From: the human T2T-CHM13v2.0 reference genome, Homo sapiens
Reading direction: 5' to 3' (one strand)
Assembly: GCF_009914755.1 (NCBI RefSeq)
Contig: NC_060930.1
DNA: 64,000 nucleotides
Positions 13,181-26,953 of this stretch are shown here, in pieces. The translations under genes were made by a program, and so were the position numbers. How positions within the stretch are numbered: the first letter of the stretch is position 1; the number at the start of each line of letters is the position of its first letter. The notes beneath the pieces are model-generated. The model made no database searches, was not told the origin of the DNA, and saw only the letters and a list, made by a program, of their open reading frames with translations.

Positions 13181-15544
13181 CATTTTTATCTTTTCTTGAG
13201 TGAAAGTTTTTAAAAGGGAGGGTAGGAAGGACATATAAGAGTGCTGGGTGCATGTGGGGTATATGAATTAGTATTAGAGAATATTAATGAAGATAGGAGG
13301 AGTCCCAGATAAAGAGATTAAAAAAATTAAAATAATAAAAATTTATATTTTGTTATCTCAGAATTTGCCTGGATTTGGCCCTACATGCAATGGCTTTTCA
13401 GCTCATGCCCAGTAAGAGTTACATATCAGTTATATTCACAGTTTGATTCCATTAATTATGCTTATCAATAACTATTAAATGGAGAACAGCTCTCCATTTA
13501 ATTTAGTTAGTTGCTCTCCTTTCCCTGATTATCGGGGAAAAATGTATGTTCATGACAATCTAATACCAAAGTGATTTTGGGGAAAGGAAGGTATTGTTTC
13601 CACCCCCAGAAATTATGCAAATTCTATCCTGGCCTTGGGGATATTCACTGAAGCCAAGTTCCACAAGTAAAATTCCGGTCTTTGCACATCCAGCATAAAA
13701 AGCCTCTGTAAGCTGGCAGTTCTAAGGCCATCTTGACGATATTAAAGTTCAGAACAATTTGCTCAAAGTAAGCCTGAGGATTTCTTAACAACCCAATCGC
13801 AGCAATCTGACCTGGAGCTTAATCTGAAATTCCCAGTCTATCTCAGCATCAAACTATCCTTTGAAATGAAGAGACAACATGAGTTGACACCTTTTCAGTT
13901 TATATCATCTATATACATGTCTGAACAGAAGGCAGAAATTCATGAGACATCATTAGACACTAGAGGAGGTTATAAAATTCCCATTGGCAAATAATCTATG
14001 TGGGATGAAGTAGGTTAAAGTCTTCCTTGAGGCAGGGAATACCCCTCAAAAAGTCCCCTCCACCCTGAGAAATGTCATGACCAAGCAGTGAACTCCCATC
14101 AGATGCAAGTAGACATGAGAGAATTGTGCTGCCCAAGGCCTTGAACACTTCTATGAAGGATCTTATTTTGTATTTGTGCTTGTATTTAGCAGAACTGTGA
14201 AAATCATAATCAAAAAAGAGAACAACAGGAATACATTTCCTTCCCACTACCCTGAAGAATGGCAATGATGCAGAGGGCAAAAAAAACAATGGAAAAAGGC
14301 TGGAAACAAAGGAAGTAAATGGTCAGGAAAGGAATAGTGACCAAACAGATAAAGAAGAGATTTATATGAAACACTTAAAAATTAACCCACAAAAGCTCAT
14401 ATAATAAGCACATTTTATCAGTGTCTCGATTCTACAGAAATGTGGCTGTGGGCCAACCAAGGACAGTGAGGCCCCAGAATCTGAGATAAGGCACAGATTT
14501 AATATGGAAGTAGCAAGAGAGGATATATTATCTACCTCTAAAATCTTCAAAAGTACAGAATCAAACTTTCAGTATGCAGATGTTGGTGTGAGCCAGATTG
14601 AGACCTCTCAAAATAAAAAATTCCTGGAAGCAGAGGGAAGATATTGGTAATGAAAGAGGTGGAGGAATTTTATTAGCCAAAGAAAAGGCTTTCTGCAACT
14701 TGGAACTCCCTTCAGGTTAACTTCCATGCCAAATACTTATTCATGCCAAGAGCTTTTCAAAGAAGTCTGCAAGTGAAATAAAAACACCTGTCATGACTTT
14801 GGGTGAACCCTTCTGGACATTTGGCAAAAAGAGATTTCCTTGCTCTGTGGTATAGAATGCAACCAGCTACACACTGTAATTATCAAGTAATCTATAGTGT
14901 AGAAGACCTAGTCCATGTACACTCTCCTTCCAAAAGCTGTGACTGGCCTGGCACCTAAATTGTCTCATTAAATTCTGCAGCCTGAAGCCATTCTCTATCT
15001 TTAAGAGCATGAGAGCATGTTTTCTATTTGTATGACCTAGTTGGGAAGGCTGACTACAACAAACTGTGCAACATCAGCTCCCAACCACACCTCACCACTT
15101 CCACCCCCTGTGCTTTTCACAAAGGGATGGTCCCATATGGGAAGCCTACAGAGTACCCTAGTGAAAAGTCCACATAGCAGACTACCAGGCCCTCCCTGGG
15201 AAAACTCAAGAAGTAAGTAATAAGAAAAAAATTTACTCTTTCTTCAACTTCCATGAGAAAACAGCTGCCTCAGTCACTCATGGCCAAAGTGATATGGCCC
15301 AATGAACCTGGGCAGCTTCCATTACTCCAGACCATCAAACCTCCTTTCCCGCAAATCACCATAAAAGTCACTCCCACTGGCTGCAATTCCATAAGTAAGT
15401 TAATCAGCTTGCCTGTTCTTGGGTTTCCTCATTTTTAAAAATGCTTATTTGTTTTACACATTCCGTATTCTACGTAAGCTTTCATTTGATGAAAGTTTTC
15501 TACAGCTTTATCAGTTAGGGCTATTAATTGCAAACAATACAAAC

Positions 15545-15990
15545 TGTCATCCATTTTGTGTTGCTAAACAGAATACCTAAGACTGGGTAATGTAGCAAGA
15601 AAAGTGGTTTATTTAGCTCACAGTTCTGCAGGCTGGAGAGTTCAAGGGCATGGCACTGGCTTCTAGTGAGGGCTTTTGTTCTACGTCATCACATGGTGGA
15701 AGGTCAAAGGGGAAGCAGCTACATGCAAGGGGGCAAAACTCAAGGGCATGCTCACTTTATAACCACCCACTCTCATGGGAACTAATTCATTCCTGTTAGA
15801 ACTAACCCAGATGCTCAAGAGTGAGAACTCACTACTACAAGAATGGCATGAAGCCTCCCATGAGAGCAAAGCTCCCTTGATTCAAACACCTCCCACTAGG
15901 CCCCACCCCCCAACATTGGAAATCAAATTTGGCCATATTGGAAATCAAATTTCAACATAAGTTTCAGAGGGGACACATTAGACCCTAGAA
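15545..15990 (-). mobile_element. MaLR solo LTR (MSTB/MSTC-like), nested in an older MLT1-like remnant
   Basis: tccattttgtgttgcta...gactgggtaat...gctcacagttctgcaggctgg...aaacacctcccactaggccccac; 5-bp TSD caaac/gaaac; internal 16-bp duplication attggaaatcaaattt. Confidence 0.8.
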
Positions 15991-16129
15991 GAAACTTACT
16001 GAAAAAACTTTTAAGGAATTTATTAAAAGAATCTAGTTCATGGAACCTTGTAGGAAAATCAGGAATGGAAGGTGCACAGCCAGGAGCAACAGCTAATATC
16101 ACAGCTCAGAGATACTTGATGAAGATACC

Positions 16130-16463
16130 TGCAATAGAATGAATGTTTTTGTGCCTCCCCAAATTTATGTTGTGATCCTAACCCCTAACGTGATGGTATT
16201 AGAAAATGGGGCCTTAGAGAAGTAATTAGGTGGGTGGGGCTCTGATGAATGAAATTAGCACCCTTATAAAAGAGACCCCAAGCTCTCTTATTCTCTTGGT
16301 ACCATGTAAGAAGACAATGAGAAGATAATAGTCTGCAACTCAGAAGAGGGTCCTTACCAGAACCTGACCATGCTGGTACCCTAATCTTGGACTTCTTGCC
16401 TACAAAACTATGAGAAATAAATTTCAGCTGTTTATAAGCTATCAAGTCTATGGTACTTTTTAA
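16130..16463 (+). mobile_element. MLT1A/MLT1A0 solo LTR
   Basis: tgaatgtttttgtgcctccccaaatt...cccttataaaagagacccc...gagaaataaatttc. Confidence 0.8.
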
Positions 16464-16610
16464 ATTATCTCAATATTTACCACAAACCAATGAAATGGAT
16501 ACTATTATGATCCTCATTTTATAGATAATTAAACTAAGGCTTAAAGAGGCTAAATTACTATACAAGATCGTAAAACTAACACATAGTGGAGCTATGACTT
16601 GAAATCCAAC
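16464..16610 (-). mobile_element. MIR SINE
   Basis: Core tattatgatcctcattttatagataattaaactaaggcttaaagagg. Confidence 0.7.
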
Positions 16611-17192
16611 AAAACACAATTTCAGGGAGAACACAATTTTTCACTCTTTGAGGGAGAGGTGTCTGTAAATCATCCAAATGAACACTTGTACTTGGAATCA
16701 GATAAACAAGTCTGACTGTGAGAGAAGAGTTCAAGAGAGGTAATAGGTAACTAGAATAAAATCTTTGAAGAATATCATAAAAACCACTTAGGAATTTTAA
16801 ACCTACACTAGCCTGTGATCCTGTTTTTATCATTAGTAAACTGTGACACTCATAGGTAAATGAGAATAATGAACAATACATATGATTTTCAAGGATCTTC
16901 CTTTTGACAATTTGTAAGATTCACCAGAAATAGTTCACATGTCAAAAATGAAAGAGAATTAGTCTTCTAGAAGGAAAAATCAGAGAGAAACATATCCAAA
17001 CTTCAAGAATTCTTAAAATTTCCCAGTTAGCCAACAATATTGTAATTAACACAAGGGAAGGAATTCAGAAAATCAACGAGCAACATAAACTTTGTCACAA
17101 CTAACAAGTTTTGTCCCAACCTTCAAAAACTGATTTTTGTAATTTTTAAATATCTTGTAGGTAGTATTGGATATGAAATTCAGCCAAATCCA

Positions 17193-17279
17193 TTTAGTCA
17201 TTTGGAAAAGTAACTACAGAGGTTTCAGTTACTAAAGTATACAGGTTTAGTCATTTGGGAAGGTAACTACAAGGTTTCA
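17193..17279. repeat. Interrupted 35-bp direct duplication
   Basis: tttagtcatttggaaaagtaactacagaggtttca (17193-17227) and tttagtcatttgggaaggtaactacaaggtttca (17246-17279). Confidence 0.8.
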
Positions 17280-17470
17280 ACATGTCTATAAGGGTCTATG
17301 ATCTGTCTCCTAGCCAGGTTAAATAAAGTTCATCATGTGTAGAAGCTTGTCAACAAAGTAAGAGGAATAACTTGAAATAGGCAGGAAAAAACTGGAAGAA
17401 TCTGAGACAAAGAGTTGGATAGATGATCTCTTTCAGCCATAAGATATGAATCTATGATTTTTATGGTACA

Positions 17471-17925
17471 TAAAGCTTTATTGTGGTATAATTTACATAT
17501 CATAAAATGTGCCCATTGTAACTGTATACATTACTTTTTTAGTAAATTTATGGTTTTAGAGCATTTTCATCATCTCAAAAAGTTCCCTCAGCCCACATGC
17601 AGTAAATTCCTGCTACCATCCCTAATTCCAAGCAACTATTGCTTTCATTTCAGTCTTTCTCTTAACATAATTTTTTAAGAGTCATTCATGTACAGCATAT
17701 ATCAAGCAGTTTGTTCTTATTTATTGCTGAAAAGTGTTCCATTGTATGGCTATATCACATTTTGTTTATCCATTCACTAGTTGATAGACAGCTAGATTGT
17801 TTCCAGTTTTGGCTACTTGGAATAACATTGCTGTGAACATTCATTTTCTGAGCTTTTGTATAGACGTATATTTATTTTCATTTCTCTTGGGTAGAATTGG
17901 GTGGAATTTCTGTGTCATATGATTC
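17471..17925 (-). mobile_element. Old L1 3' end (L1MB8/L1ME-like), internally deleted
   Basis: agctttattgtggtataatttacatatcataaaat...ttatccattcactagttgatagaca. Confidence 0.7.
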
Positions 17926-18349
17926 TATGATTCTAAAAGCAAAATCTAAATTGAAAAGTGATCAAAGAAAAGCTATTTTGGAAATATTAAATCAAAAAAT
18001 AAAAAGTAGCCAAATTCCTGTCCTAAGCTGTCATATCATTTCAGGAGAGACCATTATTTATTTTTATGTTTTCAATTCTTCTCGCACAGATGGTCAGCCC
18101 AGCAGAACTATTACACACCTCATTGTAGATCCTTCTGTTTATCCTTTGAGAACACCCTATTCTTTGCCACTTAGAAAACAAAAGAAAGCAAGAAGGCCAA
18201 ACTCCTCAGCTCTGCCTCTTCTTTTCCTGACCTGCTTTTTCACCAGGGCTTCCTGGAATTTAGACTTATATTGTAAGTAAACAGGACACTGGTCAGCCCT
18301 TTATGAATCTCGAAAAATTTAACAAAACTGTACAAAAACTTCTCTGGCA

Positions 18350-19675
<1,326 letters not shown>

Positions 19676-19875
19676 CAGTATTATAACAGAATGTTAATAG
19701 TACAGTTTCCAAGATTTGAATCTTGCCTGTGCCTCTTACTATCTCCATGATCTGGGCACGTTTTTTAAACTCTGTGTGTCAATTTCCTCATTAGAAAAAT
19801 ATGGAAAATAATAGTATCTACCTCATTGCATTATTGGGAAATTGAAATTAGTTAATTCATCTAAGATACTTTGAA
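19676..19875 (+). mobile_element. MIR SINE
   Basis: tttgaatcttgcc...tgatctgggcacg...aatttcctcatt..aaaat..ggaaaataatagtatctacctc. Confidence 0.7.
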
Positions 19876-19887
19876 GGTTGATATTCT

Positions 19888-19912
19888 TCATCATCATCAT
19901 CATCATCATCAT
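19888..19912. repeat. (CAT)n microsatellite
   Basis: About 8 TCA units; source of the poly-Met in ORF 19823-20035. Confidence 0.9.
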
Positions 19913-20089
19913 GATAATGGAAGAAATGAATAAACTATTAATAGCAATCTCAAGGCAGTAATAATTAAAATAAGAGAATATAATTTTGCCCTCCCTCTTC
20001 CCCAAGACTACAAAGACAGAAATACATAGAGCCAACGAAATTTTGAAGAGTACCCTCCATTAACATGGTTGATACAGTGTCCAGGGCCA

Positions 20090-20375
20090 AGGGAAGAGAC
20101 TGTTTCAAAATAAAAGGGACTGGTGATTAGTTTTACATGTTTTACAGAGGTCGAGAGGATAGAAAATTGAGGCAAGATCATTTGGATCTGGGTACTGGGC
20201 AGTCTCTCAAAGAAGAGTACACTTCTAGAGGAATGGAAAGGACAGGAGTCACACTGCTGGAGGCGGAAAGGTGGAGGAAGAGCTGAGGAAACCAGGACAC
20301 GGATGCAGACCAGTTTTTCAAGAGATTCGACAGCAAAGGGGAGGGTTAAAGTACAGCAGAGGTGAAAGGGAGCAA
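20090..20375 (-). mobile_element. L2 fragment
   Basis: Purine-rich antisense L2 pattern (agaggtcgagaggat..., catttggatctgg..., tttttcaagagatt). Confidence 0.45.
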
Positions 20376-21298
20376 TAGAATGCTTATGGGTTTAATTTCC
20401 TAATCGCACTGCTTTGCCAGTTTTTCCATTTGAGGGGATAAATGTTGCCTTTACCAGAGGAAATAAATGCCTGTCACCTTAGGGACAACTTCTCTATTTA
20501 CTAACCATCAGTGTCTTGCCAAGAGTAAAATGGATGACAACATCCTATGGGGAAATGTCGGAATTTTTTTTTTCGCATTGCACCATTTACTAGAAGAAAT
20601 TCATTGTTTCACTATTCTTGCCACATTTTAAGGTGAAGAGACACACCTGGAGGGAGAAGAACAAGGATGTCCCTCCCTTGCTAAAACATGTAAGGAATGT
20701 ATTAAATGTTTGATTCACAGATATCCATCAAGATATTAGTCACTTTTACATAGCTCATCATGATACATTGTAAGTTTAAAAATTTCAAGTAAATTGATTT
20801 CTTTTACTAAGTAGTGAATGTTAAATTTAAAAATGTACTTTTTTCTCATGAAAAACAAATCAAACTTCATGTACAAATAGTAAAAATAATAAAGTATAAA
20901 TAACAAAAATTAAAACATGTAATCCTACCACCCACAAGAAAGTACTGTTAACAGTTTAATATATTTTCAACCAGTTTTTTCTATACATTTACATATGCAC
21001 ATACATGCACAAAATTTTACAAAATTAATAGAGTACTTATTATAAACTTTCTACCCTGCCTTGTATCACTTGATATCAAACTATAGGTACTTTTCCCTGT
21101 TCTTAAGTATTTATTAAAAACATAACTTACAATAATTATATAATGTTTCATTTATTTTATTTGATAATTTTATTTTTGTTGAACACATAGCAAGCTTTTC
21201 ATTTTCATCTTATTTTTCACTATAAATAATATGGCAAAAAAAAACTTGTGCAGTAGCATTTGACTCTAAGTGTGATAATTTCTTAAGAATCATTCCTA

Positions 21299-21449
21299 GC
21301 CAGGCATGGTGGTACATGCCTTTAATCCCAGCTACTCAGGAGGCTGAGGCAGGAGAATCGCTGAGGCCAGGAGTTTGAGGCTGCAGTATACAATAATTGA
21401 ACCTGTAAATAGCCACTGCACTCCAGCTTGGGAAACACAGTGAGGCCCC
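21299..21449 (+). mobile_element. FAM (fossil Alu monomer)
   Basis: Single monomer retaining the 7SL-derived cctgtaaatagccactgcactccagc segment; no own A-tail. Confidence 0.75.
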
Positions 21450-22340
21450 AAAATCTATAAGAAACATAAACAAATAAACAAGAAAAAAACAAATAACCCT
21501 ATTAAAAAGTGGCCAAAGGACATGAACAGACACTTCTCAAAAGAAATATAGAGGTGGCCAACAAACATTATGAAAAAAATGCTCAACATCACAAATCATC
21601 AGAGAGATGCAAGTCAAAACCACAATGAGATACCATCTTACACCAATCAGAATGACTACAAATAAAAAGTCAAAAAATAACAGACGTTGGTGAGGTTGCA
21701 GAGAAAAGGGAACACTTATACACTGTTGGTGGAAATGCAAATGAGTTCAGCCCCTGTGGAAAGCAGTTTGGAGACTTCTCAAATAACTTAAAACTGGACT
21801 GCTATTTGACCCAACAATCCCATTACTGGGTATATATCCAAAGAAATTTAAATCAATCATTCCACCAAAAAGACACACACACACATTTGTTGATTGCAGC
21901 ACTATTCACAATAGCAGAGACATGGAATCAACCCAGGAGCCCATCAATGGTGGATTGAATAAAATGTGGTACATATACATTATGGAATACAATGAAGCTA
22001 TAAAAAAAGAATGAAATCATGTGCTTTGCAGCAACATGGATGCAGCTGGAGGCCATTATCCTAAGCAACTTAACACGGAACAGAAAACCAAATACCATGT
22101 GTTCTCACTTATAAGTGAGAGCTAAACATGGGTACACATGGACATGAAGATGGGAACAGTAGACACTGGGGATTTCAAGAAGAGGGGGCAGGTAGAAGGG
22201 GAAGGGCTTAAAAACTACCTATCAGGTATCATGTTTGTTTCTTGGGTGACAGGATCATTAGAAGCCCAAACCACAGTATCACACAATATATCGTTTTAAC
22301 AAACCTGCACATGTACCCCCTGAATCTAAAATAAAAATTA
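21448..22340 (+). mobile_element. L1PA15/16-type 3' fragment (5'-truncated)
   Basis: ORF2 C-terminus plus a 3'UTR ending aacctgcacatgtaccccctgaatctaaaataaaa. Confidence 0.85.
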
Positions 22341-23694
22341 ATAATTTTTTACAAAATAATTGATTTTGATAATAATTACAATAATAAAGTACTACTCATT
22401 AGAAAGCACACATTGCTGTATTATTTTCCAGACATTAATAACAATTGATATTCCTACCACCAATGTGGGATGGGACTAAGCTCCCTACACCCATCCTTGC
22501 CAGCATTCCTAGTATCATTCTCCATATGATCTGTGAAATATGATCCCATATGCATTTGAATTTTCACTTACTGATGAATTTGAACTTTTTTAGTATCCAT
22601 TATAGTCCATTTATATTTCTTCTTTTTATGTTGTTTGAGCATACTTTATTGGAGCCTTGTTTTGCTTAATGATTTTTACAGCTCTCCTTGTGAGAAAAAT
22701 ATTAACCCTCTGCCACATTTATCTTTTCATTTTGATGCTTTTTTGCTTTCTTACATAGATAAATGTGATACTGTTAAACTTTGTATGCCAGAATGTTAAT
22801 GTAGTTTAAATATTTGGCACTTCCTCAGGGCTTTTATTCTTAGAGGGATTTTTAGACTAAATTAGATGAATTTTATTCATATTTTTCTTTCAAAACATGG
22901 TTTTATATGTAACTCTTTAACCCATCTGGAGTTTACTTTGGCATATAAAATGAGGTAATGTTTTAACTTTATATGTTCCAAATATCATCCAATCATCACA
23001 GCACAATTTTGTTAAATTATGACCCAATAATCCTCTCTACTACTAATTTGTAGGACCACCTTTATGGATAATACACTAATTCTTCTGACTACTAAGGTCT
23101 ACTTCTGTATTTTCTATTCTGTTCCATTGATTTGGATACTAATAATGTAACATTTTGATGACCAACTTTAGAGTATGATTTGGCACCTAGTAGGGTCCTA
23201 ATAGCATTTTGTTATTTTGTCTGGCTTCCTGTGCTTTTACTTCCCCAGAGAAATAATTTGTGTCCACACTGAATTCCCAAGACATATGTAGAAAATGCCA
23301 ATTTTTTTATCTCAAATGGTCCCATCCAACTTTTCCAAGTTACTCCTTGACTCCTGGAAAATATTCTTTCTCTGGTGATGAAGTGGTGATGGGCCCAAAT
23401 ATCTTTCTTGTAGAGGCAACTGAAAAACAGATCTCCTGAAGTAGGCACGTATCCTGTTGAGCACACTGATTCCCAACCTATGCATTGGAAAGATGAAAAT
23501 GACTAATTTTCAAAAGCAAGGTCTCTGAGTTTTCAATAAAATAAACGAAAGGATTTTCTTCTTAGGTTTTCAGCCCTTCAGTTATAAGCCTTAACTGAAT
23601 AAGAAAACTATTTTTCTTCATCAAAGTATCTAACAAAACATATTCAGTTTGCTAATTGGTCCTATAAAATAAGTTAGCTGTTTGCACTATTATT

Positions 23695-25044
23695 ACTTTT
23701 TCTTTCCAAATTTTATTTTAGGTTCAGGTGGTATATGTGCAGGTTTGTTACACGGGTAAATTGTGTGTCATGGAGGTTTGGTATATAGATTATTTCATCA
23801 TCCAGGTAATCAGCATATGTACTCAATGTTTAGCTCCCACTTATAAGTGAGAACACATGGTATTTGGTTTTCTGTTCCTGTGTTAACTTGCTTAGGATAA
23901 TGTCCTCCAGCTGCATCCATATTGCTGCAAAAAGACATGATTTCATTCTTCTTTATGGCGACTTTGTATTCTATGATGTATATGTACCGAATTTTCCTCA
24001 TCCAGTCCACCATTGATAGGCACCTGGGGTGATTCCATGTCTCTGCTACTGTGAATAGTGGTGCAATCAACAAATGTGTGTGTCTTTTTCACAGAATGAT
24101 TTAAATTCCTTTGGGTATATATACAGTAATAGGATTGCTGGGTCAAATAGTGGTCCAGTTTTAAGTTATTTGAGAAATCTCCAAACTGCTTTCTACAGAG
24201 GCTGAACTAATTCACAATCCCACCAGCAGTGTGTAAGCATTCCCTTTTCTCCACAACTTTGCCAGCATCTGTTATTTTTTGACTTTTTTATAAATGGCCA
24301 TTCTGGTTGATGGGAGATGGTATCTCATTGCGGTTTTGATTCGCATTTCTCTAATGATTAGTGATTTTATGCCTTTTTTCATATGTTTGTTGGTCATGTG
24401 TATTGTATGTCTTCTTTTGAGAAATGTCTGTTTATTGTCCTATCCTGGAAGTCCTAGCCAGAGCAATCAGGCAAGAGGAAGAAATAGAAGTCATCCAAAT
24501 GAGAAGAGAAGAAGTCAAACTATTTCTCTTCAGAGATGATATGATTATATATCTACAAAACCCCATAGTCTCTGTCCAGAGAGACTCCTAGATCTGATAA
24601 ACAACATCAGCAAAGTTTCAGGATACAAAATTAATGTATAAAAATGAGTAGTAATTCTATACACCAACTGTTACCAAACTGAGAGCCAAAGCAAGAACAC
24701 AATCCAACTTACAATGGCCACAAAAAGAATAAAATACCTAGGACTAAAGCTAACAAGGGAGGTGAAAGATCTCTACAATGAAAACCATAAAACAACTGAA
24801 ATAAATCAGAGATGACACAAATGGAAAAATATTCCATGCTCATGGAGAGAAAGAATCAATATTGTTAAAACGGCCATACTGTCCAAAGCAATTTACAGAT
24901 TCTATGCTATTCCTATGAAATTACCAATGGCATCTTTCACAGAACTAGAAGGAACTATTCTAAAATTGATATGGAACTAAAAAAAAGCCAAAAATAGCCA
25001 AAGCCATCCTAAGCAAAAAGAACAAAGCTGGAGGCATCACACTA
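23695..25044 (-). mobile_element. L1PA15/16-type insertion with 5' inversion (twin priming)
   Basis: Minus-strand 3' end at 23695-24438 joined to a plus-strand ORF2 segment at about 24441-25044; TSD cactattatt at 23685-23694 and 25045-25054. Confidence 0.88.
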
Positions 25045-25971
25045 CACTATTATTTTTTAACTTATTAAGTTTCCTTCTATAGTATAAAGAGTACAAAATA
25101 CCAATTCCTACTCAATTTTCAAATTGATTCTCACAAATCAAATCTTTCTTTGGAAGGGGTAATTGTAGTTAAGAAGCTGTTTCTTCCTGGAAGAAGTAGG
25201 AACACAATGGTTATTTACTAAAAATGCGTAGATCTCTTAATTTTGTGATGATCCAAAGGACAGGCCTCATCAGCTTCTTAAAGGGAGGAAAACAACTACA
25301 TTTGTAGCCAATTTGTTAAAGATATATTTCTTTCATTAGGACTTAGCACTAACAAATGCTTTTCTGGATATCAGAAAGCTACATGCTTAAACCTTGCCAA
25401 GTCACTTCCTCAACTTCATTGGCTCATGCACAACCTTTAAAATTTCTCTCCCCTTAAATTAATCCAGTCTAAACATATCACCAACTAACCATGCCTGTGC
25501 ATTTCAAATGTCAGCACTCTCACCAGCTCAGTAAAAAGTGCTTTCTTATAAGGAAAATTTAGGATTCCATATTCCATTGAGGTTGTTTCCATCTAAAAAC
25601 ATTAACACCACTTAACCCTGAAAATAACTCTATTGGATAGGGGAATGCCAAGATTTTGGCTTATTTGAGAGGTTTGGGGCCTTTCTGTTTGAAGTGGCTC
25701 CAATAAACAATCTTGAATCCTATAAGTTAAAAAATAAAAACATTATAGTACTTAATTGAACTGAATGAGGTTCTCTTTATTTGCAAAAGAATTGGAGGGA
25801 AATTGGTTTACTTTATTCTAAAATAATAGGCTATGGAAAATAAAGTTCCCTCTGTCTTCAGATTTTCAATTTTTACATTTATAACATGAGAGACCTTGAA
25901 GCCATATTCACCATTTCTTTATCTCCATGTTTAATGCCTTAGGTTAATCAGTTCACAATTTTAAAGCTCAT

Positions 25972-26015
25972 GTCACCTGTCCAAATCTTCTGGGAAGTCA
26001 CCTATCCAAATCTTC
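25972..26015. repeat. 19-bp near-tandem duplication
   Basis: gtcacctgtccaaatcttc tgggaa gtcacctatccaaatcttc. Confidence 0.75.
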
Positions 26016-26953
26016 AGTGATTTGGAATTTGTCTGAATTGACTTTGACTTTACTTGATAATAAACTTTACTATAGTTTCTTCTCAAGTAACACTGAGACA
26101 AGAGGTTTACATAAGCATTTATAAGGTATGGTAACCTAAAAAATATAAGCATTACAGAAGATAGGCCCCCTAAATGTTGAATAATCAGTTATTAGAATGA
26201 GTAGTATAGAGACACTAGCTAAAGGGAGATCTGATGCCCAGGGTAACATGCAAACAGGCAACAACGGATGTGTATAGTGATGGGGAGAGGAGAGCAAGGA
26301 GGGAAGAGTATGTTAAAAAATCATTTTTATAAATGATTGACAGATATCCATAAATATATATTAAATGTAAATTTTATAGGGTATTCAGTGCTTGTTTGGT
26401 CCCATAATTAGTCTTTAAAACAATCCTAGAATTTAGACAGTACTGTCCTCAAAATAATCAGCTCTGGTGTTCAATTTAATGACCAAGCATTATTCAGCAC
26501 CTATGGGAATAGAGTCTAAGTTCCTGCCAATTACCACCTCTCTGAGGGACAGTGAGCAAAACACTCTGCATTATTCCAGTATTAAGCACCCCATGGCTTA
26601 AATGAACACAGTAACATTTTCCATCAATGCTTTCTAATCAAACATTATGTTGACTTTTGTAGGGCCACCAATATTGAAGTAAAACCTTCAAAGATTAATT
26701 TCCTAGATTTTATCTTAAAATTTAAAAAAAAAAACCTACTCTCTTTAAAATAAAGTTGTTCTGTTTCCTAAATGTGTTATGTTATACTTAATGACCCAAT
26801 ATCAAGAGAGAAAACTCATGGATTGAGGTGGTCTGTCCTTACTCTGACTTCCTATCAGAAGATAGAATAAGTCTTTTCATGAGTTGTAAGACAGTATCAC
26901 CCAAAACTTCTATGATATTTACAATGGCTGGTATGCAGTCAAAAATTTCCAAA

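Larger units (their letters stand above)
20835..23215 (-). mobile_element. Old L1ME remnant, interrupted at 21299-22340
   Basis: Degenerate antisense 3'/ORF2 motifs on both sides of the insert (cactataaataat; attcctaccaccaatgt; ccatctggagtttactttggcatat; ctattctgttccattgat). Confidence 0.55.

Noticed and set aside
14786-14842. Possible degenerate gag CCHC zinc knuckle (TCHDFG*..GHLAKRD)
   Set aside because: Requires a stop, a frameshift and two Cys substitutions; no supporting gag or pol homology recognisable nearby.
16240-16265. aatttcattcatcag shared between the two MLT1A LTRs (also near 53612)
   Set aside because: Only 15 bp between copies 37 kb apart; may be a subfamily state or chance.
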